Shown: positions 50,853-64,000 of the stretch, piece after piece | How positions within the stretch are numbered: the stretch's first letter is position 1 | Layout: each line of letters opens with the position of its first letter | Assembly: GCF_963921235.1 (NCBI RefSeq) | Contig: NC_086097.1 | Span: forward strand, 56,112,001 to 56,176,000 | Origin: Mobula hypostoma | Lineage: Eukaryota | Reading direction: 5' to 3' | Length of the DNA stretch: 64,000 nt | Position numbers and translations under genes: made by a program | Notes under the pieces: model-generated | Told to the model about the DNA's origin: nothing | The model's database searches: none | What the model saw: the letters and a program-made list of their open reading frames with translations, nothing else

Positions 50853-51724
50853 ATAATTCACTATTATCCAATGGTCTTTCATTGAAACTCTCTCCATTTT
50901 CCATTTCACTTATTAGATCCTGCACTGCTTCTTTCCTCAGTTGGCTTCCAAATCATTTTTTCCTATTTTGTACAATTTCTCATCCCTAAATGTCCCACCT
51001 TTTTAAACCATCCAGTATACATATGTGTATTAAGAAGTATTAGGCACCTTAAAAGCCAAAACTGCATTTATACCCAATCAACAAATAAAGCACAAGGTTA
51101 ACTAGGGTGCGGATGAAGAACTAGCATTAAAGACATACCCATAAGCACAGGTGCCTGGTGCATTCTCTACACCAAGTCACCGAATCTAAAGATGTGGCTC
51201 AGCTACCTCCACTAACCTCTTTGAGTTGGCTTCATGCTATCACAGATATTCCTTTTGTACTATCTACCTATCTCTTTGCCCACCTTCTCTGCAACCTGAA
51301 AATCCACTTGTTTTTCTCCTTCCCTGCTCTGACGAAGAGTCTTTCACCTGAAGGATTAACTGTTTCTCTTTCCATAGCTGCTGCTGACCAACTTAGCATT
51401 TCCAGTATTAGAGTATTCTCAATTCTTACTATTCTTGTACACAAGCATTTCTTAACTTCTTTGCAAACACATCACCCATTTGCGCACTTCTAAAATAGTA
51501 GAAATAATGAATAATTTCTCTTTGTGATCAGTTACCCTCCATATCTTGAAAACCTTGATTATTCCTTAACCTATGCACCAGGGAAATAACTCTAGGTGAA
51601 GGGCTACTTATATAATATCTGCACTGGGTAAACTGAAAATTATACTGTATAATAAAAAAATTTTCAAAAGCAACACATCTTGTTTAAGAAATCAATTTAT
51701 TAAAAATTGGATACATTTCCCAGG

Positions 51725-52135
51725 GAAGAGTGCAGTAAAGATTCAAGTCTGTCACAGCGGAGCCTAGATTCTTTGGAGTTCAGATGAATGAAAAGTGGCC
51801 TCACCGGAACATACAAGGGCTTAGTGGGGTGAATGCAGGCAGGATACTTCCTCTGGCTCAGGAATCTATTACCAGAAGTTCAAGTCACAAATTCAGGGGT
51901 GGGGGTATGCCAGACTAAGAGGAAAAAAATTCTTCAAAGTGCAGTGAATCTTGAAAATTCTCTACCCAAAAGGCTGAGGAAACAGTTATTCACTTCATTC
52001 AGAATGAAACCAATAGATCTTTAGATATTAAAGGAATCAAGAGATAAAAGGATAGGTCAGTGAAATGACATTGAGGTAGAAGATCATGGTGATTTTGTTG
52101 AATGGCAAACCATTGCCCCTATTCTTTGTGTTTTA
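51725..52135 (+). mobile_element. Old CR1 3' fragment
   Basis: gtgaatcttgaaaattctctaccc..ttagatattaaaggaatcaagagata resembles the CR1 ORF2 end. Confidence 0.65.
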
Positions 52136-52409
52136 TATAAATATGGGTAATAATAGTCAAATTAGACTGACATTAAATTCTTGCTGAGGTACTTGGGTGC
52201 ATCTAAATAGGAAACATTTTCAATTGCACCTCCAGTATTCTCTGAAAGTTAACAGATTTTAAAGAATTTTAAATGTGTTGCTTTATATAATTCAGACATG
52301 AATGAAGGCGGAGGCATGATTTTAAAAAAGCACACTGTGGGTCATCCTTTGATATTTGTCACAGCCTCTAAATTTTACACTTCACACTCAAATTCTTAGC
52401 ACAGTTAAG

Positions 52410-52770
52410 GCCGTAAGATATAGGAGTATTTGGGCGATGAAGTCTGACCTGCGATTCAATCATAGCTGATTTTTTTTTAACCTCATCCTCCCCATAACTC
52501 ATAATCCCCTTACTGATCAAGAACTATCAATCTCAGCCTTAAATCTTAAATACACACAGTGACTGGCCCTCCACAGCCTCTGGCTGAAAACATTCCTCAT
52601 CATCCTAATTTTAAAGGGACATCGGCCCTCAGATAATAGACTCTCATACTAATAGAAGCATCCTCTCCAATCCTCTATCCAGACCTTCCAGTATGTGGTA
52701 GGTTTCAACAACATCCCCCATATCCTCTGAACTTCATCAGTTTCAGGCCTAGAGCCATCAATTGCTTCAT
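52410..52770 (-). mobile_element. Old CR1 3' fragment
   Basis: taagatataggagta..attcaatcatagctgat..aatccccttactgatcaagaac. Confidence 0.65.
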
Positions 52771-52831
52771 TGACAGTAAGTCAACAGCCATTATGACAAT
52801 GCTTCAGGCATATATTGTAAGTATTTAAAGT

Positions 52832-53051
52832 ATAAACACAAGAAATACTGCAGATGCTAGAAATCCAAAGCAACGCACTCAAAATGCTAGAGTAACTCAG
52901 CATGTCAGGCTGTACCTATGGAAATGAATAAACAGTAGATGTTTCAGGCAAGTCCTGAATAAAGTTCTTGGCCCAAAAAGTCTACTTGGTTATTAATTTT
53001 CATGGAAGCTGCCTGACCTGCTGAGTTCCTCCAGTATTTTGTGTGGGTTGT
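52832..53051. mobile_element. Palindromic Penelope-derived mini-element with 14-bp TSD
   Basis: Inverted arms around gtcctgaataaagttcttggccc; TSD taagtatttaaagt at 52818-52831 and 53052-53065. Confidence 0.85.
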
Positions 53052-53721
53052 TAAGTATTTAAAGTTTTAAGATTAAGTTAAAATGTTAAGAACTGAGTGA
53101 CTATTCCATCTTTCTGAAGGATTCCATCAATACTTATTTTTTGATCGATGTTTCCAGGTTATGAAATTATATTACTTATTTTATAGCTGCAGGAGGTACC
53201 ATAGATAGTGATTAGTAGATAACAAAAACTGGAATAGCTTTAAACTACTACAGAAGTTAAAATTCACTCACAATAACTGCTATCTACATTATTATTAGAG
53301 ATTCCATGGAAATGTTAAATTTTATTGAAAAAATGTACTAGAAGTTACAGCAGTTATCAAAGTATGCCATCTATGGCTAAAATGTGAAATTACATGTGAA
53401 ATGTGAATTTGGAGCACTGTGTACTAATACGTGGAATGCCTACCAAACTTTGATAATCTCAAGTAATGATTACTCACGCTTTCAATATTGTGCAGCATTA
53501 ATATAGCCATGCTGCATAAGTATTCGGCATATATAGAATACTCACAAATTGTTTTGTGCACATTACAAAATGGATGTTATTCTAAACTAGATAGAATTTG
53601 TACATACAAAAAATATTACTTTTAAAATCAGAAAGAACGCTGTACAAAATTGATGACCATCCCACACCCCCAATTTTATAAAAAAAAGGGAACAAGATAG
53701 AATTAAATTATTCCATATTTT

Positions 53722-53862
53722 CAAACAAGAGATGTTGGAAATCCAAGCAACACAAACAAAATGCCATAGAAACTCAGCAGGCCAGGCTTCATCAGGATGA
53801 AGGCCCAATACATCGAATGTTTACTCCTTTCTATAGACGCTGCCTGGCCTGCTGTGTTCCTA
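53722..53862. mobile_element. Palindromic Penelope-derived mini-element, internally deleted
   Basis: aactcagcaggccaggc followed by inverted gcctggcctgctg. Confidence 0.7.
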
Positions 53863-53989
53863 CTTTCAGTGCAGAGTTTGTCGGACTGAGCTGAGCTGGA
53901 GTCCAGCTGGCACCCAGTATCGAATGAAGTGATAACCCTACTTCAAGAGAAATGCAGTAAGTATAGTAATTATTCTGTATATTACACAT

Positions 53990-54262
53990 TAGCAGTTAGC
54001 ACAAATCTTGTGGCATCAGAGTTCAATCTCAGCATTTTCTGACAAAGGAGTCTTTGCACAACCTCCCTGTAGAATGCGTAGGTTTTCTCTGGGTGCTCCA
54101 GTTTTCTCCCTGAGCCCAAAGATGTACTGAGTAGATTAACTGGTCACTGTAAATTGTCCTCCCATTAAGTTAGGGTTAAACTGGAATTGTTGGGAGTTGC
54201 TGGGCAGCATAGCTTGTAAGGCCAGAAGGGCCTATTCTTCCCTTTATCTCCAAATAAATAAA
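53990..54262 (+). mobile_element. V-SINE (HE1-like)
   Basis: gagttcaatctc B-box-like; gggtgctccagttttctccc; aaataaataaa tail. Confidence 0.75.
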
Positions 54263-55859
54263 CAAACAGATTTGCTTAAATACAAAAACACATCCCTGCT
54301 TGCTAAAGCTCAGGATGAACAATTATGAATGCTTCCTTCAGAAATGCAGCAAATCTACTGTATATGGTTGCAGAATATCAAGCACCACCTGTATATTTTA
54401 TTCTTTCCAGGACAAAAGTGAAAAAATATTTAAATACAGACCCAAAATTATATGTCAATATTTTCCTAGTGATATAAACATTTTAATAAAAATACAACTA
54501 CTTGATAAATGCTTGCAGAGTAACAAGACTTCTTACATATCTTAATTTTTGACTAACACAAATAAAGCTTTATATGCTGATAAGTGATTGTAAGTGGAAG
54601 AAGCAATATTTCCTGAAAAATAAGTGTCATCATATAATTGACCAGCAAAACTGCCAGGTTCTGTTTGAAGTTCGGGTGTCTAAAGTTTTAGTAAAGACCA
54701 AAGAGACAGAATCTTCTCATTTGGGCAAGGTGCTGCAATTAAAGTGACGGTAATCCTCAAGTCAAATGAAATTCCAGCACAACGTGGGCAGGAATCTGGA
54801 TGAGAACACAAGTCATTGTTATTTCCTTGCCTTAAAGGGAGAGTTATTCAACCACAAAATCATGGAACACAGATTTATTTGGCTAAGGCAAAGGGAACTC
54901 AGAGTAAATCTTCCAAGGTGCCAGTTTTAGATGAAAAGCAAACATAGACTCAAAAAGGATACAAGAGCTTATGGAGTGTCAGTTTAGGCCCATCAACACA
55001 TCAAAGATCCTACTGGTTTTGTTATAAAAAAGATCTAACTGGCCTACTTATCCTTTATCTGAAGGAGTAGTGGCATGAATAGCCACTATATTGCAGTGGA
55101 ATCCAACTTCCCTCTCCCATTTACCTCACCTTGTATCATAGAATAAGGGCTAAATCACAAATTGCTAACAGAGGCATTTTAGCAAATCTCTTCCAATCCA
55201 TTTCAAGAGCCTTTCAGTGACAGAATCCATTGTGAATTCTCCAGATTAGAAAGATCCAATGTGCAAGCTAGGCAACTGTTCTATAATCCAGTTCTCTAAA
55301 GTATAGCTGGGTTAGTTAATGAAGGAGTACAGAGGTGCAGTCCTCTTCTGGTCTCTTACAAATATTGCAAAATCACAGTACAGTGAATAGATATCACTGT
55401 ATTTTGAACATACATTTAAATCGGGGCATTTAAAGCAAGTACATGTGATTGTGTGTAAAAAAAATAAAAACCTGTTGGACCTATTATTCCTCACCTCAAC
55501 GGCTGGCTTTACCTGTTAAAAATCATTCACTCTCCGATCAAATGCATAGGATTTTGCATTCTTTACTACTTCTAGCATGGCATTCCATGTTCTAACAGCT
55601 CTATGCATTACGAAATGGATGGAGAACATGGTTTCAAATGTAGGCCCCCTCAGAACAAAAGTCCACAATTCCTGGAACTTACATTTAGTTCCAGGTTGTA
55701 TTCTCAAATTTTGAATCAAAATTCTCACCCAAACTCTAAAACCAGCTTACAACATAGGCACAAATAATAGGACAATAGTTGAGGGAAGAGATTAGGAAAT
55801 GGAGTTAAAAGAAAATTCCTTAAGTGTGATCATAAGCAGGTGACTCCAAAGATAAATTA

Positions 55860-56165
55860 TGATCCTGAAGAAAATTCTCGGCCCGAAACACCAATTGTTT
55901 ATTCTTTTTCATAGATGCTACCTGACCTGCTGGGTTCCTCCAGCATTTTGAATGTATTGCTATAGATAACCTTGGTTCTGATAAAAGTTCAGTAACTTCA
56001 ATGTATCAACTCTGTTTCCCTCCCCATAGAAGCTCCCCAACCTTAAGAGCATTCCTAGCATTTTCGGTTTTATTATCATTGCAGTCTTGTTCAGCTGGAA
56101 ACACTGGCTGAATGACAGAGAATCATTCTGTCCTGGTGAGTTCCTCCAGCATTTTGTGTGTTGTT
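55860..56165 (+). mobile_element. Cluster of three short Penelope-like terminal fragments
   Basis: ttcctccagcatttt-type motif at ~55936, ~56051 and ~56141. Confidence 0.7.
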
Positions 56166-56429
56166 TGGCAGAAAACATAGAGATTCTATGTTACGGGTTC
56201 AAAGACAGAGTCTTTGATCTTCCCAGCACTTAATGAAAACTAACATCAGACAGATAGCAAGGAATTTAACAGCAGAGAACAATATGAAAGTTGATCTATC
56301 TCAGAAAGATGGTACAAAAGGTGGTACGCAGATGAGGAAACCATGTGAGACATCTTGAATGGTCAAACAAGCAAAAAAAAAGCATCGAACACTTCACATG
56401 CTTAAGATACTACAGGTGCCTTTAATCTG

Positions 56430-58312
56430 GAGCAATTCGCACAAAATGCTGGTGGAACTCAACAGGTCAGGCAGCATCTATGGTTAAAAATGAATAGTCA
56501 ACATTTCAGGCCGAAACTCTTCAGCAAGACTGGAAAGGAATAGGGCAGAAGCCTGAATTAAAGGGTGGGGAGGAGAAGCATGAAGGAAGCTGGGTGGCAG
56601 TGTTAGCAGTGAGGAGGATGCTAAGAGGATGCAGGGTGACTTGGATAGGTTGGGTGAGTGGGCAAACTCATGGCAGATGCAATTTAATGTGGATAAATGT
56701 GAAGTTATCCACTTTGGTGGCAAAAATAGGAAAACAGATTATTATCTGAATGGTGGCCGATTAGGAAAAGGGGAGGTGCAACGAGACCTGGGTGTCATTA
56801 TACACCAGTCATTGAAAGTGGGCATGCAGGTACAGCAGGCGGTGAAAAAGGCGAACGGTATGCTGGCATTTATAGCGAGAGGATTCGAGTACAGGAGCAG
56901 GGAGGTACTACTGCAGTTGTACAAGGCCTTGGTGAGACCACACCTGGAGTATTGTGTGCAGTTTTGGTCCCCTAATCTGAGGAAAGACATCTTTGCCATA
57001 GAGGGAGTACAAAGAAGGTTCACCAGATTGATTCCTGGGATGGCAGGTCTTTCATATGAAGAAAGACTGGATGAACTGGGCTTGTACTCGTTGGAATTTA
57101 GAAGATTGAGGGGGGATCTGATTGAAATGTATAAGATCCTAAAGGGATTGGACAGGCTAGATGCGGGAAGATTGTTCCCGATGTTGGGGAGGTCCAGAAC
57201 GAGGGGTCACAGTTTGAGGATAGAGGGGAAGCCTTTTAGGACCGAGATTAGGAAAAACTTCTTCACGCAGAGAGTGGTGAATCTGTGGAATTCTCTGCCA
57301 TAGCAAACTGTTGAGGCCAGTTCATTAGCTATGTTTAAAAGGAAGTTAGATATGGCCCTTGTGGCTACAGGGGTCAGGGGGTATGGAGGGAAGGCTGGAT
57401 TCTGAGTTGGATGATCAGCCATGATCATAATAAATGGCGGTGCAGGCTCGAAGGGCCGAATGGCCTACTCCTGCACCTATTTTCTATGTTTCTATGTTTC
57501 TATGAAAAGGTGATAGATGAATTTAGGTGGGGGGGGGGAGAGAAAAATGGAATGATGAGAGAAGCTGAGAGGTGCAAGGTGGAAGAGGTAATTGGCTGAA
57601 GGAGGAATCTGAGATTGTAGACCATGGAATAAAGAGAAAGAGATGGGGAACCAAAAAGGGAAAGTGGAAGGTGATGGACAATTCATGCAGGTGGAAGAGG
57701 GGAAAAGGAAGGGTTAGAGGCTACAGGGTTAAGGGAAAATGTTTTGGGAGGGTGAACAGAGGGCTGTAAATACCACAAATATTGATGCCATCAGATTGGA
57801 AACTACCAAAACAGAATATGAGGTGTTGCTCCTCCAACTGGCATCAGGCCAAATGTGCTAGTAGACATGCTGTGGACAGACATGTCACTGTGGGAATGGA
57901 AAGTCGAATTAAAATGACTATCAGGAGACCTGGCTGTTGCAATAGATGGAGCAAAGGTGTTCAACAAAGCGACCTCTCAGTCTGCATCAAGTTTCACTGA
58001 TGTTCAGAAGGCTGCACTGGGAGCACTGGATACAATAAATGAATTAATGAATTCATATGTGAAGTACTGCCTCACCTGGAAGGACTGTTTAGGGCCCTGA
58101 ATGGCAGTAAAGGAGGTGGAATAGGGGCAGGTGTAACACTTTGCTCAGTTGCAGGGTTAAGTGCCTGGACAGAGACTGGTGGGGAGCAGGGGAGATGGAG
58201 TGAAGATAGATGTGCGGGAAATGGAGCTGATGCAGGTGCAAGCTGCATTGATAGCAGTGGAGGAGGTAATATCAGCATTTTTCTGAAAAAAAGAGGACAT
58301 CTTGGATGTCAG
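56430..58312 (-). mobile_element. Penelope-like element (GIY-YIG region and 3' end) interrupted by CR1
   Basis: Minus strand 57945-58105 reads QGPKQSFQVRQYFTYE..IYCIQCSQCSLLNISET*CRLRGRFVEHLCSI. Confidence 0.85.
56586..57504 (+). mobile_element. Young CR1 LINE 3' fragment (0.92 kb), same subfamily as 3318-5592
   Basis: ORF 56629-57303 nearly identical to 3416-4549, with a premature TAG at 57301; (TTTCTATG)n tail; atgaa on both sides. Confidence 0.95.
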
Positions 58313-58609
58313 TGGGATTCTAAAGATATTGGGCATACCTTTAGAATATGCACCGATGGAGACAAAGATAAAGATCATGTTTTTTTTTGTTAACAACAAA
58401 GCATCTGCTTTAATGGCATTCATCAGCAGAAACAATTCATGGAAAAAGGTCAGAAATAGCTTCAATACTGCTAATACAACAGCTCATAATAATTAGTGTT
58501 AGTCAAAATAGTTTAGTTTGTAGGCTAGAACTACTTGCTTCAAAAATGAAAACAAATAATCACCATTACCACAGTCTATAAGCATGTAACTGTGACATTC
58601 CAACTGCAT

Positions 58610-58995
58610 CAAGAATATTATACAAAAGGGTGGTGTAGCAAAGGTTCACCTAATTGATTCTCAGGAATATGGGCAGGATGAGAGATTAAAACAAATTAGG
58701 ATTATAGTCTTGAATTTAGAACACTGAGACATGACCTCACTGAAACATTCAAAGGATTTTTGGGGCTTTACAGGTTAGATGCAGTGAATTGCTTCTCCAA
58801 AGTGGAATGATTAGAATCCATAGTCACAGTCTCAAAATAATGGGCTGCTACTTCAGTACGGAGTTGAGAATTAATTTATTTTTCCAAGGGTTGTGAGTCT
58901 TTGGAGTTCTTTACCCAAGAGGGCTAGGCAAGCATCGTCACCAAGTATGGAGATACAGATGACAGATTGTTAGATATTAAGGGAATCAGATTATA
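58610..58995 (+). mobile_element. Old CR1 3' fragment
   Basis: aggttcacctaattgattctcagg..gacctcactgaaacattc..gtcacagtctcaaaata. Confidence 0.7.
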
Positions 58996-60343
58996 GGTAA
59001 ATTAATAAAAACTAAATATTTACCAAGTAATCTGAAAGATGATCCCGGTGAAACATGATGTCCTTCAAAGTTCTTGTTATTCAACCCCAATCCAAAAATC
59101 TTCAAATGGATTGACCATCAACAGATAGACTACAACTTAGGCTTACTTAGGTAACAAACATGCGGTTGTATTGTGAAAGACGATGTTTGGCTCCTGTGAG
59201 TAAAAGGGAAGTCTGTACTTAGAGCTTAAGTTGAATGAGAGATACATGAAGACAAGGCATAGGGATAGATAGCTTGCATTGTCATAAATTCATTTTTATA
59301 TTTACTGTGTTAGTGATGCCAGTAGCATTGGGACACACAGTCTAAAGACTAGCTTGAACTGTGTCCTTGCACCAAAAGATAGTGATTTTGAAAGATCAGC
59401 TTAGTTTAATCATTCAATCTTGAGTGTAAAACAACCATTCTATATTTCATGTTGTTAACCATTTTAGGTATCATTTTAGACAAGTAGCTAACAAGAATTA
59501 ATAGTTCTGCAAATTAAGTTTTAATGACATGGACAACTCAAAGCAGATTTAAGAAGTATGATTTAAAATGATTACATGGTTAATGATGTCAAAGGCAATA
59601 CTGACAAATTTCCAATATGCATTTCATTACCCTTCCATCAAGACGTCGATTATTAAACCTACTTTGCAGACCTTTTAATATCAGTGAAATATTACATCTT
59701 GTAATCAATAGACTGGCTCCAAAAATACAAATGAACCTGTGTATTTGGCTTTTCCTTTTAAAAAAAGCTGTTTTGGCCATGTTCACCAAATCACTTTAGC
59801 AAAGTTGCTCTGGATTTTTTCCCCCCAAATGAACAATGAATAATATTAGAATTCTATAACTACTAACAACTTCTTTCAGCTAATTATGGAATTACAACAA
59901 ATGCAGTTAGCTACCTTTAGACCTCCTTGTATTCTGGCCCCATCTAAAAAATTCAAATACAATTAGTAACTATAGAAAATAATTTAATAGCAACAGCATT
60001 TAAAGAATTTTATCATTAATTAAATTAACCCAGAGGTAACGCAAGATACCCTAGACCACTTGGCATGCGCGTCTAAGCCACATAATAATCGCAGAACATT
60101 TAATATGCCCTAAAAACCAAAGGTGCCAGAAGTGGCATCAGCTAGAGGAGTCCAAGCCCCAAGCCTTGCAGGGTAAGGAATAGCTGCTGTCACTGCAGTC
60201 CACTTGTGAGGCTGTGTGTTTCATGAAAGGCACGTTTTAGGTAATCACATTACAGCTCAGGGAAGGAATAGGTGATTGAAGAGAATCAAGAGCAGGTAAA
60301 TGGTGCAGGTGATTCCTGATGGCAACATGTTCTTTAATAAATA

Positions 60344-61163
60344 CAGTGGAATCCGGTTAATTAGGCTATTGGTTAAATTGTGGCAGCTGCTTATTTGGAC
60401 CAACTCTTAAAGAACAAAAACTAATTGAGAAAATAGCCGGGATTCCCTTTGATTATTTAGGACACTATGCCACTTAATTGAGACAGGAGACTGTTGCTGA
60501 ACAGTTTCTAATCTAGAGTCAATTGCATGAACGTGTAGCTGCTAGACACTACACTGTGCTTAGAGCAAGCATTTTTTTAAAATAACATCACTTGCATGTG
60601 TTTGTTTAAAAAGTGGTGATTTATGTCACTGATAGCTGGTGAGAAATAAACAGCAAGACAATTCAAAGCTATTTTGTTCCTTGAGTTTTCAAGCACTTAG
60701 GCTTGGAGATGCCAGAAACAGCAGTGAGTGAAAATGAAACAATTTCACTACTTCAAAAAGTTAGGCACTACAAAGAATTTGAAGGTATCAACAATCATCA
60801 TGAATGTTACAATGAAAATAAGATTTGGAGGATGCAGTCATCGAAAGTATTATATGAAGGCAGTCCATTGTTTACACTGGATGTCTATGCTGATTTTGTT
60901 CCTTTATAGTCAATCAAAAAAATGCAGCATCGTACAGGTAAACGGGATTAATTCCACCATCAATAATTAGGAATTAATACAATTTTATAATTGATGTAAT
61001 GTTCTAATTTGTTTTATTTTTCATTTAAATACACAATTTATTACTGAGTTAAATGGTAGTATACCTTTTAAACAATTTCTATGAAAAAGGCTACTTGGGA
61101 ATCCGCTTCATTGGGCCAAAATGTACAGATCTCAATGCGTCCTAATTAAAAAGGAAACTACTG
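60344..61163 (+). mobile_element. pogo/Tigger-like non-autonomous DNA transposon
   Basis: TA on both flanks; imperfect TIRs cagtggaatccggttaattagg / cctaattaaaaaggaaactactg; internal SWREINSKTIQSYF relic of a pogo transposase C-terminus. Confidence 0.75.
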
Positions 61164-61587
61164 TATTCAATTCTGGCGATAGACAAAGTGAAACATTTCC
61201 TCTGAAGCAATGGGACTAATCCTGGGCAATTTGGAAGCATCTCAACAGATTTGAATGAACACTCAAATTTATTTGACAGGAAAATGGTACTGAAGAAAAG
61301 AAAGTTACAAAAAAATTGGGAGAGAGAACTAGCACAAGAATAAACAAAGTCTTTAAGCCATGACTAGATTAAGGGAGAGTACAATAAAGTCTTAAAGATA
61401 CACTTACAAATTCTGCAAACTTTAGCATATTGAAAAATGTAATTCAGGTGCGGATTTAATCAACCACCTGGCATTATGTTGTCATGGTAATAACAAAGAC
61501 CATGAGGGAAAAAGAAGGGCACTGGGTTACAAATAATCCTATTTGCAATGGGTTACAAATAGTTTTAGGACAAAGTGTTCAGGATGG

Positions 61588-62273
61588 ATTTCGGTTCTTT
61601 GCAGGAACGGGACCCGTTCTTGGGATTTCAGGACCGGCCATTGTTCAGCACGCCAAGGGGTCGGCCTGAGAGGTGGCCTAGTGTTCGGAAGCCTTAAGAT
61701 CTCTGGGTTCTGGAGACGGGTGGATTGAGGGTCAGTGTCACGGCAGGAGACTCGTGTGTCATTGGGGAGGCCGGAAAATCTTTTGCTGTAGGCCCAAAGA
61801 CCCGAGATCTTTGCAACCTTCAGGCACAGAGCTTGTAAAAAAGCAACGAAACCAAATTTTTAACATCGTAAACCAGCGGGTCGGTATGCCTCTCGCTCGC
61901 TATGAAACTGGGGGCACCTCCCTCTCCTTTATTAGGGAGAGAGAGAACCTGTGGGTTGCCGAATTCCAGATGAATTGCGATAGTCTTTGGGGTAACTGCA
62001 AGGTCTGTGTCTCTGCTATCGCTTACCTCACTCTTGTGCTCGGTAGCGGGTGCACTTTTTGTTTTGCCGGTGGAGGGAGGGGGGGATTGTTGCTCGCTGC
62101 CACTTACGTGCGGGAGGAGGGAGCTGGGGGGGGGGGAGAGGAATTTGGGGTTCTCACATTTAACTGTTGTTCATTCTTTGGGGCACTTCTCCGTTTTCGT
62201 GGATGTTTTGTGAAGAAAAAGCATTTCAGGATGTATACTGTATACATTTCTCTGACATTAAATTGAACCTTTG
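61588..62273 (+). mobile_element. CpG-rich non-coding retroposon with (TTGAAC)-type tail, inserted in an old CR1 endonuclease relic
   Basis: GC/CpG-rich block ending gacattaaattgaacctttga; flanks aaagtgttcagg..aaaggtgaaggagtagca resemble the CR1 FR..GGGVA region. Confidence 0.65.
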
Positions 62274-63969
62274 AAAAAAGGTGAAGGAGTAGCAATATCG
62301 ATTAAAGGTAATAATACAATGCTGGAGAAAATTTCCTGGAATGATCAAGCTATCTGTTTATAGAGTTAAAGAACAATACATATGTAATTACACCACTGGG
62401 ACTATTCCAGTGATTACATGCCAAAGAGCAAATATACTGAAAAATAACAAATGCATACTTTTTTCATCATCACATCTGAAATTTAAGGTGGACTTGTTTT
62501 TGGGTGGTAAGCTGGGTCAACTGGAGCAAGTATCTATGGAACAGCTATAGGAAAGGCTAATAAACCGTTTCAAGATCAACTGGTGTGGAGCCACCTTCAA
62601 TGATATTGTAACAGACCTGACTCAGGTAAACTAGACAGTAACTAAACAAAGCAAATGCATTCCTAAAACAGAAAGAGAAAGGAAGTTAAAGCCCAAACTC
62701 TATGGATGAACAAAAAGATGAAATGGAGCTGAAGGAATGAGCAGTCAACAAGAGCTTGGCTTTTAAAATGACAACCAGGCTGATTACAAGAACTTGAAGG
62801 GAAATTAATAAAAAAACAAGAGGCAGAGAGCAAGGATGGGCAGCAAACACAAAAGGAAGTCCTTATAAGCATGAGGGCAGGCAAGGCCTTTAAGAATAGT
62901 AGTGGAGCTAATGAGGAAACAAAAAGGATATCTAATCATGGGAGACAGAAGGTACAGCTGTGATACAACCAAGAATGTATTAAACTGGAAGATGATGCAC
63001 CTGCAGTCTCAAAGAAAGCTGTGGCTGGGCTTCTGGAGGGGCTGTAAATACAATAAACATTCACTTCTTGCAGATAAAATGTATTCTATGTTGCTGGGGA
63101 AAGTAACTGGCAATAATCTTCTAAGCATCTGTAAGATTTGGGGTGGTGCCTATGAGATAGCACCAAAATGAGATATTTTACCACAATAACCACAGATTAG
63201 CTACTTTAACCCACATGGTGGAAAAAGTTATAAAATCAATAGTCAGGAATAGAATTAGAAGCATGGATTGAGAAAGCCAATTATGGATTTGTTACCAGCA
63301 AATTCTATTTAATGATTCAACTTGACAGTCTAATGAAAGAAATGTAGCTGATGTAGCATTCTGTGGTTCTCTGATTCTCTTTCCCCACATTGCACAGTAT
63401 TTTGGAATACTGACAATAGTAAATAAAGAGAAATGCTTCTCTACATTGTATACAAGGTTACTGGCAGTTTAATGAAGCAGTATTTACACTTTTACCATCT
63501 GTAAAATAATTTTGCAGTTTTTCCACTTACTGATTTGACTTTTTACTCTTAACTCAAGAAAAATGCTTCAAAGCATGCATGCACATAAAATAATTACAAT
63601 ATAAACAGTCAAATACAAAACAAATCCATAATGTACAATGTTAAAAAGTAGTATTATAAAATGTGAAAGTTACAAGCCAATTATTTGTGATCATAATGCC
63701 AGCATATGGAAGATCAAATTTTATTCAAAAAACAAATAAATAATCTACAAAATCAACTTGAGTTTTGTTGAAATTACTTTGTTTTATTTTCATGGCAAAT
63801 GCGATTAAAACGAACCAACACTGAAAACCCAATCCATTTCCTCCTGCAACTTACAGTTTGAAGACTTTTGAAATTCTCAGTTCATCTTTTTCCTTCAGTA
63901 ATCATGCATTATTGCCACAGTGGATAACATTAACCTTAGAGATGGCAAAGGGAATATATATTTTCTGGA

Positions 63970-63983
63970 GCGCCACCTGCAGA
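63970..63983 (-). promoter_or_regulatory. Candidate CTCF-binding motif
   Basis: Minus strand TCTGCAGGTGGCGC resembles the CCASYAGRKGGCRS consensus; motif match only. Confidence 0.35.
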
Positions 63984-64000
63984 GCTCGTTAATAACTAAA

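Noticed and set aside
1..64000. CRISPR arrays, rRNA or prokaryotic/viral operons
   Set aside because: No regularly spaced repeats, rRNA motifs or gene-dense segments were seen

Overview
Vertebrate nuclear DNA that is AT-rich and dominated by transposon relics. The repeat families (CR1, Rex1/Babar, Penelope-like elements, V-SINEs, Deu-domain SINEs) suggest a cartilaginous fish, probably a ray; this is inference. No host protein-coding gene could be supported, so the window looks intronic or intergenic. Nearly all long ORFs are retroelement fragments or their antisense shadows. Main contents: two young, near-identical CR1 3' copies in opposite orientation; one degenerate near-full-length CR1 with an esterase-type ORF1; many Rex1/Babar copies; a decayed Ty3/Gypsy (sushi-like) gag-pro-RT-RNaseH element carrying three internal insertions, one of them BovB-like RTE; Penelope-like fragments whose ends carry minimal hammerhead-ribozyme relics; Tc1 and pogo/Tigger DNA transposon derivatives; several SINEs; a putative solo-LTR family in two copies; and a 43-bp-arm hairpin. 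Several multi-level nested insertions can be reconstructed from target-site duplications (TSDs). No clearly new biological system was found. The best leads are the hammerhead relics, the tail-to-target microhomology at LINE junctions and the unnamed non-autonomous elements. Family assignments come from recalled motifs, not database searches. Boundaries are approximate unless a TSD is quoted.
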